In this document: positions 40,307-50,230 of the stretch, piece by piece
Layout: every line of letters starts with the position of its first letter
How positions within the stretch are numbered: the first letter of the stretch is position 1
DNA from: Nitrospira japonica
GTDB lineage: Bacteria; Nitrospirota; Thermodesulfovibrionia; Thermodesulfovibrionales; SM23-35
Direction: 5' to 3'
Assembly (NCBI GenBank): GCA_020725385.1
Contig: DYFC01000032.1
Coordinates: 63,493-127,492 of the forward strand
Length of the DNA stretch: 64,000 bases
Position numbers and translations under genes: made by a program
The notes under the pieces: generated by a model
What the model saw: the letters and a program-made list of their open reading frames with translations, nothing else
The model's database searches: none
Told to the model about the DNA's origin: nothing

Positions 40307-42637
40307 ATGAATTTCTTTTTACATAAAAAAATATTTATCAAAAAGATTCCCTCGTTCTATCTCTCAACCTTTATCTTTTTATTTATCCTAATTTTGTTAT
40401 TGATAATTCATCCCTCTTCTTTCTCGATGGACAGTCAAACATCTAATATCAAAGATAGCAAAACTAAGGAAAAAGATACCCAGAAGACTAAAGAAAAAAA
40501 GGTTACTTTTAATTTCGTAGATGTTGATATACCAGTGGTTGTAAAATTCATCAGCGAAGTGACCGGCAAAAATTTTGTTTTTGATGATAAGGTTAAAGGC
40601 ACCGTAACTATTATTGCACCTTCAAAATTATCTGTTGATGATGCTTTCAGTTTATTTACATCTGTCCTTGAATTAAAAGGCTTTACAATTATTCAGATGG
40701 GCAAAGTCTATAAAATAGTTCCTCTGTCTCAGGCAAGACAATCCAGCACAGAATTAATAAAAGACGAAGATAGAGCAGTTAATGATGCTTATATAACCAG
40801 AATTATTCAATTGAATTCTATCTCAAGTACAAAAGCAATGAATTTTCTCCAGCCACTTATATCAAAGGATGGACACATTTCCTCATACGGACCTGGCAAT
40901 ATGCTCCTGATAGTTGATTCTTCTGCTAATATCGAAAAAATAATAAAGATTATTGAAAGCATAGACAAACAGGATATTGAAGAGCCGGAACTTATCATGC
41001 TTAAATACGCATCAGCTGAAGAGGTCGTTAAAATGTTAAATGAATCTATCTCTACTGTAACAAAATCTCAAGCTCCAGCTGTAGGAGTAGGAGTCAGGCC
41101 TCCTGTAAGAGGTGAAACAGTATCAGGGGTTTCTGTTGATGAAACACGTCCGAATATTTTTGCGGATACAAGATTGAATGCAATTATAATGATAGCGGGT
41201 AAACAGGAAAAAGAAGAGATAAAGAGAATGATTAAACTTCTTGATATACCAATGCCTGAAGCTACAAGCAAAATTAATGTTTATTTTCTCGAATATGCTG
41301 ATGCTACCGAACTCTCAAAAGTTCTTGAGGGAATGATCTCAGGAATTTCTCAGATAAAAACAACCCAGACTGTTCAAGCTCCACAGAGTATCAAAGGACC
41401 TTTTGAAGCAGGAAGGATTGTAATATCACCAGATAAAGCTACAAATTCATTGATTATAGTTGCACCACCTGCTGATTATCAGAACATAATGCAGGTAGTA
41501 AAACAACTTGATAGAAGAAGGAAACAAGTTTATGTAGAGGCAATGATTGTTGAGGCATCCATAGACAATTTGAAAGAACTTGGAGCTCAATGGAGAATTA
41601 CTGCTGAAAAAAATAATGAACCTGTATTTATAAGTGGATTCGGGAAAATGGATGCATCTGCTATTAGTAATGTAATTTATGGACTAAGCGGAATGACATT
41701 GGGTGGTATAGGAAATTTTCTTAATGTTCCTGTTACAACAACTGATTCTTCCGGAAATACAACCACAACAACTCTGACAATACCGGGCTTTGCAGCTCTT
41801 TTTAGCTTGAATGAATTTAAAGGAGCTGTAAATGTGCTTTCTACTCCTCAGATACTGACATCTGACAATAAAGAAGCAGAGATAGTTGTTGGAGAAAATG
41901 TGCCTTTTATATCAAAAAGGGAACGCGATATTACTACATCAAGCACAATTCTAAATTCTATCGAGAGAAAAGATGTTGGCATAACCTTAAGGCTTACTCC
42001 GCAGATAACCGAAGGTGATTATGTTAAGATGGAAATCTATCAGGAAATATCTTCTTTGAAAGGTGATACAGAAAATATAATTCTTAATGTTGGTCCAACC
42101 ACAACAAAGCGTTCTACAAAAACTTCTGTTGTTGTTAAAGATAGCCAGACAGTTGTAATAGGCGGCCTCATGGAGGAAAAAGAAGAAGTCAATATTAATA
42201 AAGTGCCGTTACTTGGTGATGTGCCTGTATTGGGATGGATTTTTAAAAATAAAAAACAGGAAAAGAAAAAAACCAATCTCTTAATTTTCCTCACGCCACA
42301 TATCGTCAAAGAATCAGAACATCTTGAAAAGCTAAGTGAAAACAAGAAGTCTGAATTTGCAAAAGCAGAAGAAAGATTCAAACAAGGAGAATTGCTCGTT
42401 AAATTTAAAGAAGGTGTTAGTGAATCAAGAATCAATGAAATAATTTCTTTAGAAGAGGCTTCAATTATCAGCACCTCAAAATCTACAGGAGTATATAATA
42501 TAAAATTAAAGGAAAATATGGATGTATTGAAAGCAAAAGAGAAATTTATAAGTTATAAAGAAGTTCAGTTTGCTGAGCCGAATTATATGATTAAAATGCA
42601 ACATCATGAATCAAAAATTAAAAATGGAAATAATTGA
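40307..42637 (+). CDS. gspD: Type II secretion secretin GspD with a C-terminal subtilase-propeptide-like domain
   Basis: N0 domain (FNFVDVDI, TGKNFV), N1-N3 repeats, QVYVEAMIVE, LSTPQI, VPLLGDVPVLGWIF and NLLIFLTPHIV; extra domain at aa 691-762. Confidence 0.95.
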   Translation: MNFFLHKKIFIKKIPSFYLSTFIFLFILILLLIIHPSSFSMDSQTSNIKDSKTKEKDTQKTKEKKVTFNFVDVDIPVVVKFISEVTGKNFVFDDKVKGTVTIIAPSKLSVDDAFSLFTSVLELKGFTIIQMGKVYKIVPLSQARQSSTELIKDEDRAVNDAYITRIIQLNSISSTKAMNFLQPLISKDGHISSYGPGNMLLIVDSSANIEKIIKIIESIDKQDIEEPELIMLKYASAEEVVKMLNESISTVTKSQAPAVGVGVRPPVRGETVSGVSVDETRPNIFADTRLNAIIMIAGKQEKEEIKRMIKLLDIPMPEATSKINVYFLEYADATELSKVLEGMISGISQIKTTQTVQAPQSIKGPFEAGRIVISPDKATNSLIIVAPPADYQNIMQVVKQLDRRRKQVYVEAMIVEASIDNLKELGAQWRITAEKNNEPVFISGFGKMDASAISNVIYGLSGMTLGGIGNFLNVPVTTTDSSGNTTTTTLTIPGFAALFSLNEFKGAVNVLSTPQILTSDNKEAEIVVGENVPFISKRERDITTSSTILNSIERKDVGITLRLTPQITEGDYVKMEIYQEISSLKGDTENIILNVGPTTTKRSTKTSVVVKDSQTVVIGGLMEEKEEVNINKVPLLGDVPVLGWIFKNKKQEKKKTNLLIFLTPHIVKESEHLEKLSENKKSEFAKAEERFKQGELLVKFKEGVSESRINEIISLEEASIISTSKSTGVYNIKLKENMDVLKAKEKFISYKEVQFAEPNYMIKMQHHESKIKNGNN

Positions 42638-44162
42638 TGTAATAAGAGATGAAGATGTTGAATTACCTTTATTAAAAAATATTCCTCTTGGATTTGCAAA
42701 GAGCAATAACATATTCCCCATAAAAGTTCAAAATTCAGAATTAATCTGCGCAGTTTCAGATGATTCTGGATTACTTGCTTTGGCTGAACTCTCACGTACT
42801 CTTGGATTAAAACCAAGAGCTTTAAAGGCAAAGTCCGAAATTATAATAAATGCTGTAAATAAATATTACGGACAGTTAGGCTCAGCAGAAGAGGTTATGG
42901 ATACTATTACAGGAGAAGACCTTTCTTCTGTTGCTACAGAATTTGAGAAGCCAAAAGACTTGCTTGAGCTCACAGAAGATGCTCCTATTATAAGACTTTT
43001 AAATGCTATACTTCTTCAGGCTTTTAAAGAAAGGGCAAGCGATATTCATATTGAGCCTTATGAAAAAGTCCTTGAAGTTAGATTCAGAGTAGATGGAATT
43101 CTTCATAATGTATTATCTCCGCCTAAAATTATTCAGGATGCTTTAATAAGCAGGATAAAAATAATGGCTAATCTCGACATAGCTGAACAAAGGTTGCCAC
43201 AGGACGGCAGGATAAGACTTCTTCTTGCCGGAAGGGATATTGATATAAGAGTTTCTGTAATTCCTACTTCTTATGGAGAAAGAGCTGTTTTAAGACTGCT
43301 CGACAGAAAACAGGGTTTACTCGGACTTTGGGAAGTTGGATTCAGCGACGATGATTGTAAAAAAGTTGAGAGTTATCTGCAAAGATCAGATGGGATTATT
43401 CTTGTTACAGGTCCAACAGGAAGCGGAAAGACTACGACTCTCTATGCTGCATTAAACAGAATACATACAGAAGAGAAAAATATAATTACAGTAGAAGACC
43501 CGGTTGAATACCAATTAAAAGGCATCGGTCAGGTTCAGGTTAATCCTAAAATAGGGCTAACTTTTGCCTCAGGTCTAAGGTCTATATTAAGGCAGGATCC
43601 TGACATCATTATGGTAGGTGAGATTAGAGATATTGAAACTGCTGAAATGGCAATGCAGGCATCATTAACAGGACATCTTGTCTTGAGTACTCTGCATACC
43701 AATGATTCTCCTTCTGCTGTTGTAAGGCTTATAGACATGGGTATTGAGCCTTTTCTTATTTCCTCTTCTCTTTCGGTTGTTATTGCTCAAAGACTTGTCA
43801 GAACAATTTGCCCTGATTGTAAAGAAACCTATTCTCCTTCGGATACAGAAAAAGTTCTATTAAAAGATGTAATAAATATTCATATGCGAGAAATCACTCT
43901 CTCAAAAGGCAAGGGTTGCAGCAAGTGTAATAATAAAGGCTATATCGGAAGAACCGGTATATTTGAAGTTCTTGTTATTGACAATGAAATTCGCAATATG
44001 ATAAATGAAAAAATGGATTCTCAAACAATAAAAAACTATGCTTTATCAAAAGGAATGAAGACATTAAGGACCGATGGTCTCGAAAAAGCAATTAAAGGCA
44101 TTACAACTCTTGAAGAAGTATTAAGAGTTACCCAGAAAGATTATGCCGATCTTTCAATATAA
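42606..44162 (+). CDS. gspE: Type II secretion ATPase GspE
   Basis: ASDIHIEP, LPQDGR, GPTGSGKTT, LRQDPDIIMVGEIRD and CPDC...CSKC zinc motif. Confidence 0.96.
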   Translation: MNQKLKMEIIDVIRDEDVELPLLKNIPLGFAKSNNIFPIKVQNSELICAVSDDSGLLALAELSRTLGLKPRALKAKSEIIINAVNKYYGQLGSAEEVMDTITGEDLSSVATEFEKPKDLLELTEDAPIIRLLNAILLQAFKERASDIHIEPYEKVLEVRFRVDGILHNVLSPPKIIQDALISRIKIMANLDIAEQRLPQDGRIRLLLAGRDIDIRVSVIPTSYGERAVLRLLDRKQGLLGLWEVGFSDDDCKKVESYLQRSDGIILVTGPTGSGKTTTLYAALNRIHTEEKNIITVEDPVEYQLKGIGQVQVNPKIGLTFASGLRSILRQDPDIIMVGEIRDIETAEMAMQASLTGHLVLSTLHTNDSPSAVVRLIDMGIEPFLISSSLSVVIAQRLVRTICPDCKETYSPSDTEKVLLKDVINIHMREITLSKGKGCSKCNNKGYIGRTGIFEVLVIDNEIRNMINEKMDSQTIKNYALSKGMKTLRTDGLEKAIKGITTLEEVLRVTQKDYADLSI

Positions 44163-45318
44163 AGGCTATAAAACAGACGGCTCTGAGATTTCAGGCACGA
44201 TTGAGGCAAATAGTCACAGAGATGCTGTTATACGTCTTAAAGAATCAGGTCTTTATGCAAAAAGCATCTATGAAGCTACTAAAAGAAAAAGATTAAATGT
44301 TTTCAACAAACTTGATATTTCTTTTCTCCCCCATATAACAAGACAACTATCAACCCTGCTTTTTTCAGGTGTAACGTTAATGGATGCACTATCATCTATT
44401 TCACAGGAAAGTAAGGGTTCATGGAGAAATATATTAATAGACATAAAAGAAAAAATTGCAGGTGGCTCAAGTTTTTCTAGAGCACTTGAAGACTACAAAA
44501 ATATTTTTCCAGATTTTTACATAAACATGATTGCAGCAGGTGAGGCAAGCGGAACACTCGATGATGTACTAAAAAAACTTGCTGAATTTCTCGAAAGTCG
44601 CGAAAACATAAAAGCGAAAGTTAGGACATCAATGATATATCCTGTCTTCATGATAGGCATTGGTTTTATAGTACTTTCTTTTATTTTTGCTTTTGTACTT
44701 CCGAAGATAACAAAAATATTCAAAGATACACATAGCGTTTTGCCATTTATTACGGTTGCACTCATTTTCATAAGTGATATATTTCAAAGATTCTGGTGGC
44801 TTATTGTAGGTCTTATTTTAGCGATGTTTTTTCTTTTCAGAAAACTTAGAGAAAGCAAAAAAATATATTTTGACAGATTGATATTAAAACTCCCGGGCAA
44901 TATCATTCAAAGCCTTTATTACAGCCGTTTTACAAGAACATTAAGTTTTTTACTTGAAGGCGGTCTTCCAATGTTAAAAGCTCTTGAGCTTTCATCAAAA
45001 GCTATAGGAAATAAGGAACTTGAACTAAAAGTGATTGCTTGTGGTAAAAAAGTTTCAGAAGGCGCAAAAATATCAAGTTCTCTGGAAGGATTCCCTCCGG
45101 TGCTTTTGCAATTAATAGCTACAGGTGAAAAAAGCGGACAGCTTGCAACCATTTTAAATAATGCTGCCAATGCTTACGAAGAAGAATTTTCAAGGAAAAC
45201 AAGTAGAGCATTCTCATTGCTTGAACCTTTTATGATATTATTCATGGGCGTTATAGTTGGGATAATAGTTCTGGCAGTTCTTCTGCCAATTTTCCAGATG
45301 AACCAATTAATAAAATAA
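44143..45318 (+). CDS. gspF: Type II secretion inner membrane platform protein GspF
   Basis: Two T2SSF domains (AGEASGTL, YP, GEKSGQL, LLEP). Confidence 0.94.
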   Translation: MPIFQYKGYKTDGSEISGTIEANSHRDAVIRLKESGLYAKSIYEATKRKRLNVFNKLDISFLPHITRQLSTLLFSGVTLMDALSSISQESKGSWRNILIDIKEKIAGGSSFSRALEDYKNIFPDFYINMIAAGEASGTLDDVLKKLAEFLESRENIKAKVRTSMIYPVFMIGIGFIVLSFIFAFVLPKITKIFKDTHSVLPFITVALIFISDIFQRFWWLIVGLILAMFFLFRKLRESKKIYFDRLILKLPGNIIQSLYYSRFTRTLSFLLEGGLPMLKALELSSKAIGNKELELKVIACGKKVSEGAKISSSLEGFPPVLLQLIATGEKSGQLATILNNAANAYEEEFSRKTSRAFSLLEPFMILFMGVIVGIIVLAVLLPIFQMNQLIK

Positions 45319-45319
45319 G

Positions 45320-45391
45320 GTTCTTCTCCAAAAAAGTTGCTGAATAAATAGACAAACTGTCATTCCCGCGAAAGCGGGAATCCAGAAAAAT
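45320..45391 (+). repeat. Second copy of the TIR + REP-like end of the 22856-23037 element
   Basis: The first 48 nt match the reverse complement of 22990-23037 with one mismatch; hairpin GTCATTCCCGCGAAAGCGGGAATCCAG at 45359-45385. Confidence 0.88.
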
Positions 45392-45592
45392 ACAAAAAAT
45401 TATTATATTTATATCCTTTGCAGTAAACGCAAAGGAACGCTGCATATAGGTATTACATCTGAGATAATTAAAAGGGCATATGAACATAAAAATGGATTGG
45501 TTGAATGCTTTACCAAGAAATACGGTGTTCATAGACGTGTGTGGTATGAAATACAAGAATCTGTAGAGTCTGCTATTACAAGAGAAAAATAA
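45392..45592 (+). pseudogene. GIY-YIG nuclease (small YhbQ/SLX1-like family) pseudogene
   Basis: Manual translation (T)KNYYIYILCSKRKGTLHIGITSEIIKRAYEHKNGLVECFTKKYGVHRRVWYEIQESVESAITREK*. YIY...HIG motif, R..EH, FTKKY and AITREK are present. The start codon position reads ACA and there is a premature TAA at 45590. Confidence 0.85.
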
Positions 45593-45648
45593 AAAAAGAA
45601 AAGGAATAGCATAAATGAAGAAGCTATTTTTTATTAGGAGGACAATAA

Positions 45649-46110
45649 ATGAAAAAAACAAGATTCTGTAAATTTAACGCCAATAATGAAAAGGGTTTCA
45701 CATTACTTGAAATAATTGTGGTTGTATTTATACTTGGTCTTCTTGCTGCAATAGTTGCTCCAAAGATTATTGGCAGGACAGATGATGCAAGAATTGCTGA
45801 TGCCAAGATGCAGATAAGAAATTTTGAGACAGCCCTTAAACTATATAAACTTGATAATGGTTTTTATCCTGAAACATCCCAGGGATTACAGGCGCTTGTC
45901 GAACAACCTGCTACAGGCAGAATACCTCAAAAGTATAGACAGGGTGGTTATCTTGAACAAAAGACCATTCCTGATGATCCATGGGGCAATCCATATCTTT
46001 ACTTATGTCCCGGTCTACATGGAGATTTTGATATAATGAGTTTTGGAGCAGATGGTAAAGAAGGTGGAGAAGGTAAAGACGCTGATATAAGAAACTGGGA
46101 TATGAAGTGA
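45649..46110 (+). CDS. gspG: Type II secretion major pseudopilin GspG
   Basis: G|FTLLEI prepilin site, ALKLYKLDNGFYP, DPWGNPY and SFGADG..GGEG motifs. Confidence 0.96.
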   Translation: MKKTRFCKFNANNEKGFTLLEIIVVVFILGLLAAIVAPKIIGRTDDARIADAKMQIRNFETALKLYKLDNGFYPETSQGLQALVEQPATGRIPQKYRQGGYLEQKTIPDDPWGNPYLYLCPGLHGDFDIMSFGADGKEGGEGKDADIRNWDMK

Positions 46111-46151
46111 TAACTGTGATATGCAGAAATAATATAAATATTATCTTTAAA

Positions 46152-46214
46152 AATGCAGGATGCAAAATGTAAACTACAGGATGCGAGATACAGAAGGTAA
46201 GATACAACATGCTA
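46152..46214. repeat. Degenerate heptamer array (consensus GATRCAG) upstream of hicBA
   Basis: AATGCAG GATGCAA AATGTAA ACTACAG GATGCGA GATACAG AAGGTAA GATACAA CATGCTA. Confidence 0.6.
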
Positions 46215-46276
46215 TAGACTAAAATTCCCTCTTAGAAAATGGGGGTAAAGGGGCTTGTAAAAGGAGGTGATTTTAA

Positions 46277-46480
46277 ATGAAACTCAAGGTAATAGTTCAT
46301 AAAGCAGAAGAAGGAGGATTTTGGGCAGAGGTTCCCTCTATTCCAGGGTGTCATACTCAGGGAGACACCTGGGAAGAGCTATTACAGAATATTTATGAAG
46401 CAATTGAAGCATGTCTATCGATTGATGTAGAAGATATTGAACTGAGTCCTGATGATAAAGTGCTGGAAGTTGCTGTATGA
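46277..46480 (+). CDS. hicB: HicB family antitoxin (short, no DNA-binding domain)
   Basis: [24 protein letters not shown]...EAIE motif. Confidence 0.9.
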   Translation: MKLKVIVHKAEEGGFWAEVPSIPGCHTQGDTWEELLQNIYEAIEACLSIDVEDIELSPDDKVLEVAV

Positions 46481-46683
46481 AAACCATATCAGGCAGAGAA
46501 CTGTGCAGGATATTAGAGAAAAAAGGCTGGCAATTGAAAAAGATTCATGGTAGTCATCATGTTTATATGATGGCTGGCAGAAATGAAAGAATTAGTGTGC
46601 CTGTTCATGGCAATAAAGACTTAAAAATTGGTATGTTAAGATCAATAATGAAACTTGCAGTAATTAGTGAAGATGAATTATAA
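46477..46683 (+). CDS. hicA: HicA family mRNA interferase toxin
   Basis: LEKKGW....[17 protein letters not shown]; overlaps hicB (ATGA). Confidence 0.92.
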   Translation: MKTISGRELCRILEKKGWQLKKIHGSHHVYMMAGRNERISVPVHGNKDLKIGMLRSIMKLAVISEDEL

Positions 46684-46898
46684 AATGTAAGACTTAAATG
46701 ATACCTAAGCCCAATGAATAAAATATTCAGTTATTTTTAGAAATTTTAATGTATTAACTGTATTTTTAGGTTAATTGTGTTTAATTTGCAAAGGAAACAA
46801 AAGTAATCCGCAACTCTTCTCCGTAACTTTATTGTACGTATCTGTTTTATTATAATTACGAACAACGAAAATGGATAAAGGTTTTTGTATAATATTTC

Positions 46899-47342
46899 AT
46901 GAAAGTCATTTCTTATAAAGGCGTTACTTTAATTGAACTTGTTGCAGTATTATTTATAGTCTCGCTTGTGGTTGCGATTATATTTCCTTCTTTTGAGATT
47001 TTCGGTGAAAACAAATTAAAATCAGAAGCCCTTGAAATTGGTTCTATATTAAAATATCTAAATGAAAGCGCATCTTCTTCAAAAGAGACCTTTTCAATTG
47101 TCTTTGACTTTAATGAGCAGACTCTCATATGGAATGAAAAGGAAGGACAAAGAAAAAAGAAATTCGAAGATATTTCAGGCGTTGAGACCCAATCAAACGG
47201 ACTTGTTAACAGAGGCGAGTTAATATTATTTTTCCCCCCAACCGGAATTCAACAAAATATTATTGTGCATTTAAATAGAGATGATAAAAAACTCATGGTT
47301 GCACTTAATCATTTAAACGGTAAAATAAAAATATATGATTAG
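46899..47342 (+). CDS. gspH: Minor pseudopilin GspH
   Basis: G|VTLIEL prepilin motif; position in the operon. Confidence 0.8.
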   Translation: MKVISYKGVTLIELVAVLFIVSLVVAIIFPSFEIFGENKLKSEALEIGSILKYLNESASSSKETFSIVFDFNEQTLIWNEKEGQRKKKFEDISGVETQSNGLVNRGELILFFPPTGIQQNIIVHLNRDDKKLMVALNHLNGKIKIYD

Positions 47343-47700
47343 AATGTCCTGGTCAAGAAACCTTCATTATCAGGAAAAAGGCTTTACACTTCTTGAAGTT
47401 CTAATATCACTTGCAATAATTAGCGGGCTACTAATAACTCTGATTTACACTGTGAATTATCATCTCGGAATAGTAGAAAAACAGGAGACGGTCACAATCG
47501 GCACCATGCTTGCCAGAAAAGTCTTATCTGAAATGGAAAACAAGCCTGAAAATAAAAAAGGAGTCTTTGAAAAACCATATGAACAATACTCTTTTGAAAC
47601 TATTTTACAAGATTCCCCATATCCTGGGATTTCTGAATTTACTGTGACAGTCAAATCTGAAAAAGAAGAAATTAAACTCAATGAATATATTCTCAAATAA
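47335..47700 (+). CDS. gspI: Minor pseudopilin GspI
   Basis: G|FTLLEVLISLAI; size and position. Confidence 0.82.
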   Translation: MIRMSWSRNLHYQEKGFTLLEVLISLAIISGLLITLIYTVNYHLGIVEKQETVTIGTMLARKVLSEMENKPENKKGVFEKPYEQYSFETILQDSPYPGISEFTVTVKSEKEEIKLNEYILK

Positions 47701-48289
47701 AAAATCAATTAATGGTTTTACTTTAATTGAAATTCTTGTCGCTGTCACAATACTCTCTGTAGTTCTTACAGCAATCTACAGTACTTTTTTTTTACTTCAA
47801 AGGGCAACAGAAAATTCAGATGAATCTATAACAAAAATTCAGGAAGCGAGAAAAGCTATTGAAATTATAAGGTGTGAGCTTGAATCAGCGGTTTTTAATG
47901 AGAATATAAAAGATACCCAAATAAAAATAAAAGATAAAGATTATTACGGTAAACCTGCTTCTCAAATTATTTTTACAACATTTACATCGTTAAAACCGGG
48001 TCTATCAAAACTTTCATATTATATAGAAGAAAAAGACGGGAGATTAACTCTTTACAGAAAGATTGAATCAATGCTATCGGATGAAACTGAAAATACAGCT
48101 GATCTTATTGAAGGTATTGAGGGATTCCTAATCGAAGCTCAATTTGAAGATAAATGGGTTAAGACGTGGGATACGGGAATTAACTATAATATTCCAGAAC
48201 AAATAAGAATAAACTTAATATTCAAAATAAAAGACAGGGAAATAACCCTCACAGATATTGCAAAACCAATGTATGGCAAATCAATTTAA
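47681..48289 (+). CDS. gspJ: Minor pseudopilin GspJ
   Basis: G|FTLIEILVA, W..TWD and IPEQIRI motifs. Confidence 0.85.
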   Translation: MNIFSNKKSINGFTLIEILVAVTILSVVLTAIYSTFFLLQRATENSDESITKIQEARKAIEIIRCELESAVFNENIKDTQIKIKDKDYYGKPASQIIFTTFTSLKPGLSKLSYYIEEKDGRLTLYRKIESMLSDETENTADLIEGIEGFLIEAQFEDKWVKTWDTGINYNIPEQIRINLIFKIKDREITLTDIAKPMYGKSI

Positions 48290-49169
48290 GATTAAGAACC
48301 AAAAAGGCATTGCACTTGTAGTTGTTCTTCTTGTGCTTGCTTTATTGACAGCTATGGTTACCGAGTTTGCGTACCGGGTTTATACAGGGACTAATGATCT
48401 TTATAACTGGCGTGATAGCCAGAGACTCTCACTCCTTGCAAAATCAGGCATCAATCTGGCAGTAAGATACATAAAAGATATGAATGATAAATTTAGTAAC
48501 ACAGTAGATATGTCTTTTAAGGAACCTTCAGAAAGCTTTAATGGAGAAATAAGAATAAAAATAGAGGATGAGACAGGAAAATTCAATCTTAATAGCCTTG
48601 TTTATCCTGATGGAAGAACTCTAAATATTACAGCTTATAAATCATTTCAAAGACTTCTCGAATTATTGTCTTTAGATAAAACTATTGCTGACAGAATCGT
48701 GGACTGGATAGATGCTGATACCACCCCAAACATAACAGGATCTGAAAATATGACTAAAAATAGCATCCTGAGTAGTGTAGATGAACTGCTTTTGATTAAT
48801 GGAATAAACAGAAGTGATTATGATAAATTATCACCATATGTTACTGTTTATGGAGCCCGTGATAATCTTATTATCAATGTCAATACCGCAGGAGATGTTG
48901 TTTTAATGAGCCTTTTTGATAAAAGTAAAGGAATTTTTCCTGTAACAAAGGATAAAGCTAATTTTTTAATACTGAGGAGAAAAAATAAACCCTTAAGTTC
49001 CGGGGAATTTAATTCAGAAGCTGGCACTTCTTTTTCTGCAAATCAAATAACAGATACGGCATCAATGTTCTCAATACACGCTATTGCAACAAATGGAAAT
49101 ATAAAAAGGATAATAGATATGGTAATGAACAAAGATAAAGGCAGAATAGAATACTGGAGAGAATATTAA
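48258..49169 (+). CDS. gspK: Minor pseudopilin GspK
   Basis: G|IALVVVL, DETGKFNLN, IVDWIDAD, ELLLINGI, PYVTV and INVNTA motifs. Confidence 0.92.
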   Translation: MQNQCMANQFKIKNQKGIALVVVLLVLALLTAMVTEFAYRVYTGTNDLYNWRDSQRLSLLAKSGINLAVRYIKDMNDKFSNTVDMSFKEPSESFNGEIRIKIEDETGKFNLNSLVYPDGRTLNITAYKSFQRLLELLSLDKTIADRIVDWIDADTTPNITGSENMTKNSILSSVDELLLINGINRSDYDKLSPYVTVYGARDNLIINVNTAGDVVLMSLFDKSKGIFPVTKDKANFLILRRKNKPLSSGEFNSEAGTSFSANQITDTASMFSIHAIATNGNIKRIIDMVMNKDKGRIEYWREY

Positions 49170-50230
49170 TGAAATCTTTGTTTATTGATATAAAGGACAA
49201 CGAAACAAGATGCTATTTCTTTTCGGTTAAACAGGGCAAATACGAACATATCGAAACAAAAGTTCTTAACAGAGCAGGCAATTATGTTTTTGAAATAAAA
49301 AACTCTGGCAATCTTGACGAGGTAATCTTAAGTCTTCCACTTAACATGCTCAATTTCAGGGTGCTTGAATTGCCTTTTAAAGATAAAGAAAAAATACTTG
49401 AGGTTCTGCCATTTGAACTTGAAGGAATGATACTTGGTGGTTCTGATAAAGTCATAATGGATGCTATAGTTATCAAAAGAATTGATACCAAATATAAAAT
49501 TCTTGCTGTTTATATTGAAAAAAGCATTTTAGGTAAAATTCTTTCTGAATTAAAAAGTTCTTCTTTAGAGCCTTCTTTAATAACTTCTATTGAACTAAGG
49601 AATGTATTAAACGACTTTTCTACTGAAAAACTTATAAATCCTGTTAATATTGATGATGCAGAAAGAATCAAATTTGCGATAGAAGAAATTATCAATCCTT
49701 CAATAAATTTAAGGAGAGGAGAATTTGTTTTCAAACAGCATATAGAGGAGACAAAAAAGGGGTTGAAAGTTGCGTCAATCCTTTTGCTTTTTATTTTATT
49801 CACAATATCCGCTGATATCATCTTCCAGTTATACACCACAAGAAGTGAAATCTCTAATATTAAAAAAGAATTAAGGAAACAATATCTTGAGCTTTACCCA
49901 CAAGAAAAAAATGTGGTTAATGAATATTACCAGCTCCAATCCCACTTAAAAGAGCTTATCGACAGAAACAGCTATTTATCCGGCATATCTACTTTGAATA
50001 CACTAAAGACCCTATCACAAATAGATCGCAAGTCAGCAGTTTTCAATGAGCTAATTATTGAAAAAGGCAACTTGATACTTAAAGGAGAGGCAGATAATCT
50101 TAATGACATTCAACAAATAAAAGATAATTTATCACGTAATTTCGAAAATGTAGTTATATCTGACTCAAAATCTTCATTACAAAATAAGATGCTTTTTACA
50201 ATTACAGCACTGGAGAAAAAAGTTGAATAA
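49169..50230 (+). CDS. gspL: Type II secretion protein GspL
   Basis: Actin-like cytoplasmic part (FRVLELPF, LPFELE), INLRRGEF, TM and periplasmic PilN-like domain. Confidence 0.82.
   Translation: MKSLFIDIKDNETRCYFFSVKQGKYEHIETKVLNRAGNYVFEIKNSGNLDEVILSLPLNMLNFRVLELPFKDKEKILEVLPFELEGMILGGSDKVIMDAIVIKRIDTKYKILAVYIEKSILGKILSELKSSSLEPSLITSIELRNVLNDFSTEKLINPVNIDDAERIKFAIEEIINPSINLRRGEFVFKQHIEETKKGLKVASILLLFILFTISADIIFQLYTTRSEISNIKKELRKQYLELYPQEKNVVNEYYQLQSHLKELIDRNSYLSGISTLNTLKTLSQIDRKSAVFNELIIEKGNLILKGEADNLNDIQQIKDNLSRNFENVVISDSKSSLQNKMLFTITALEKKVE

Noticed and set aside
45251-45661. 136-aa - strand ORF containing LDSRFRGND
   Set aside because: It is antisense to the GIY-YIG remnant and the REP element. 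Its similarity to the 22873 ORF comes from the DNA repeat.
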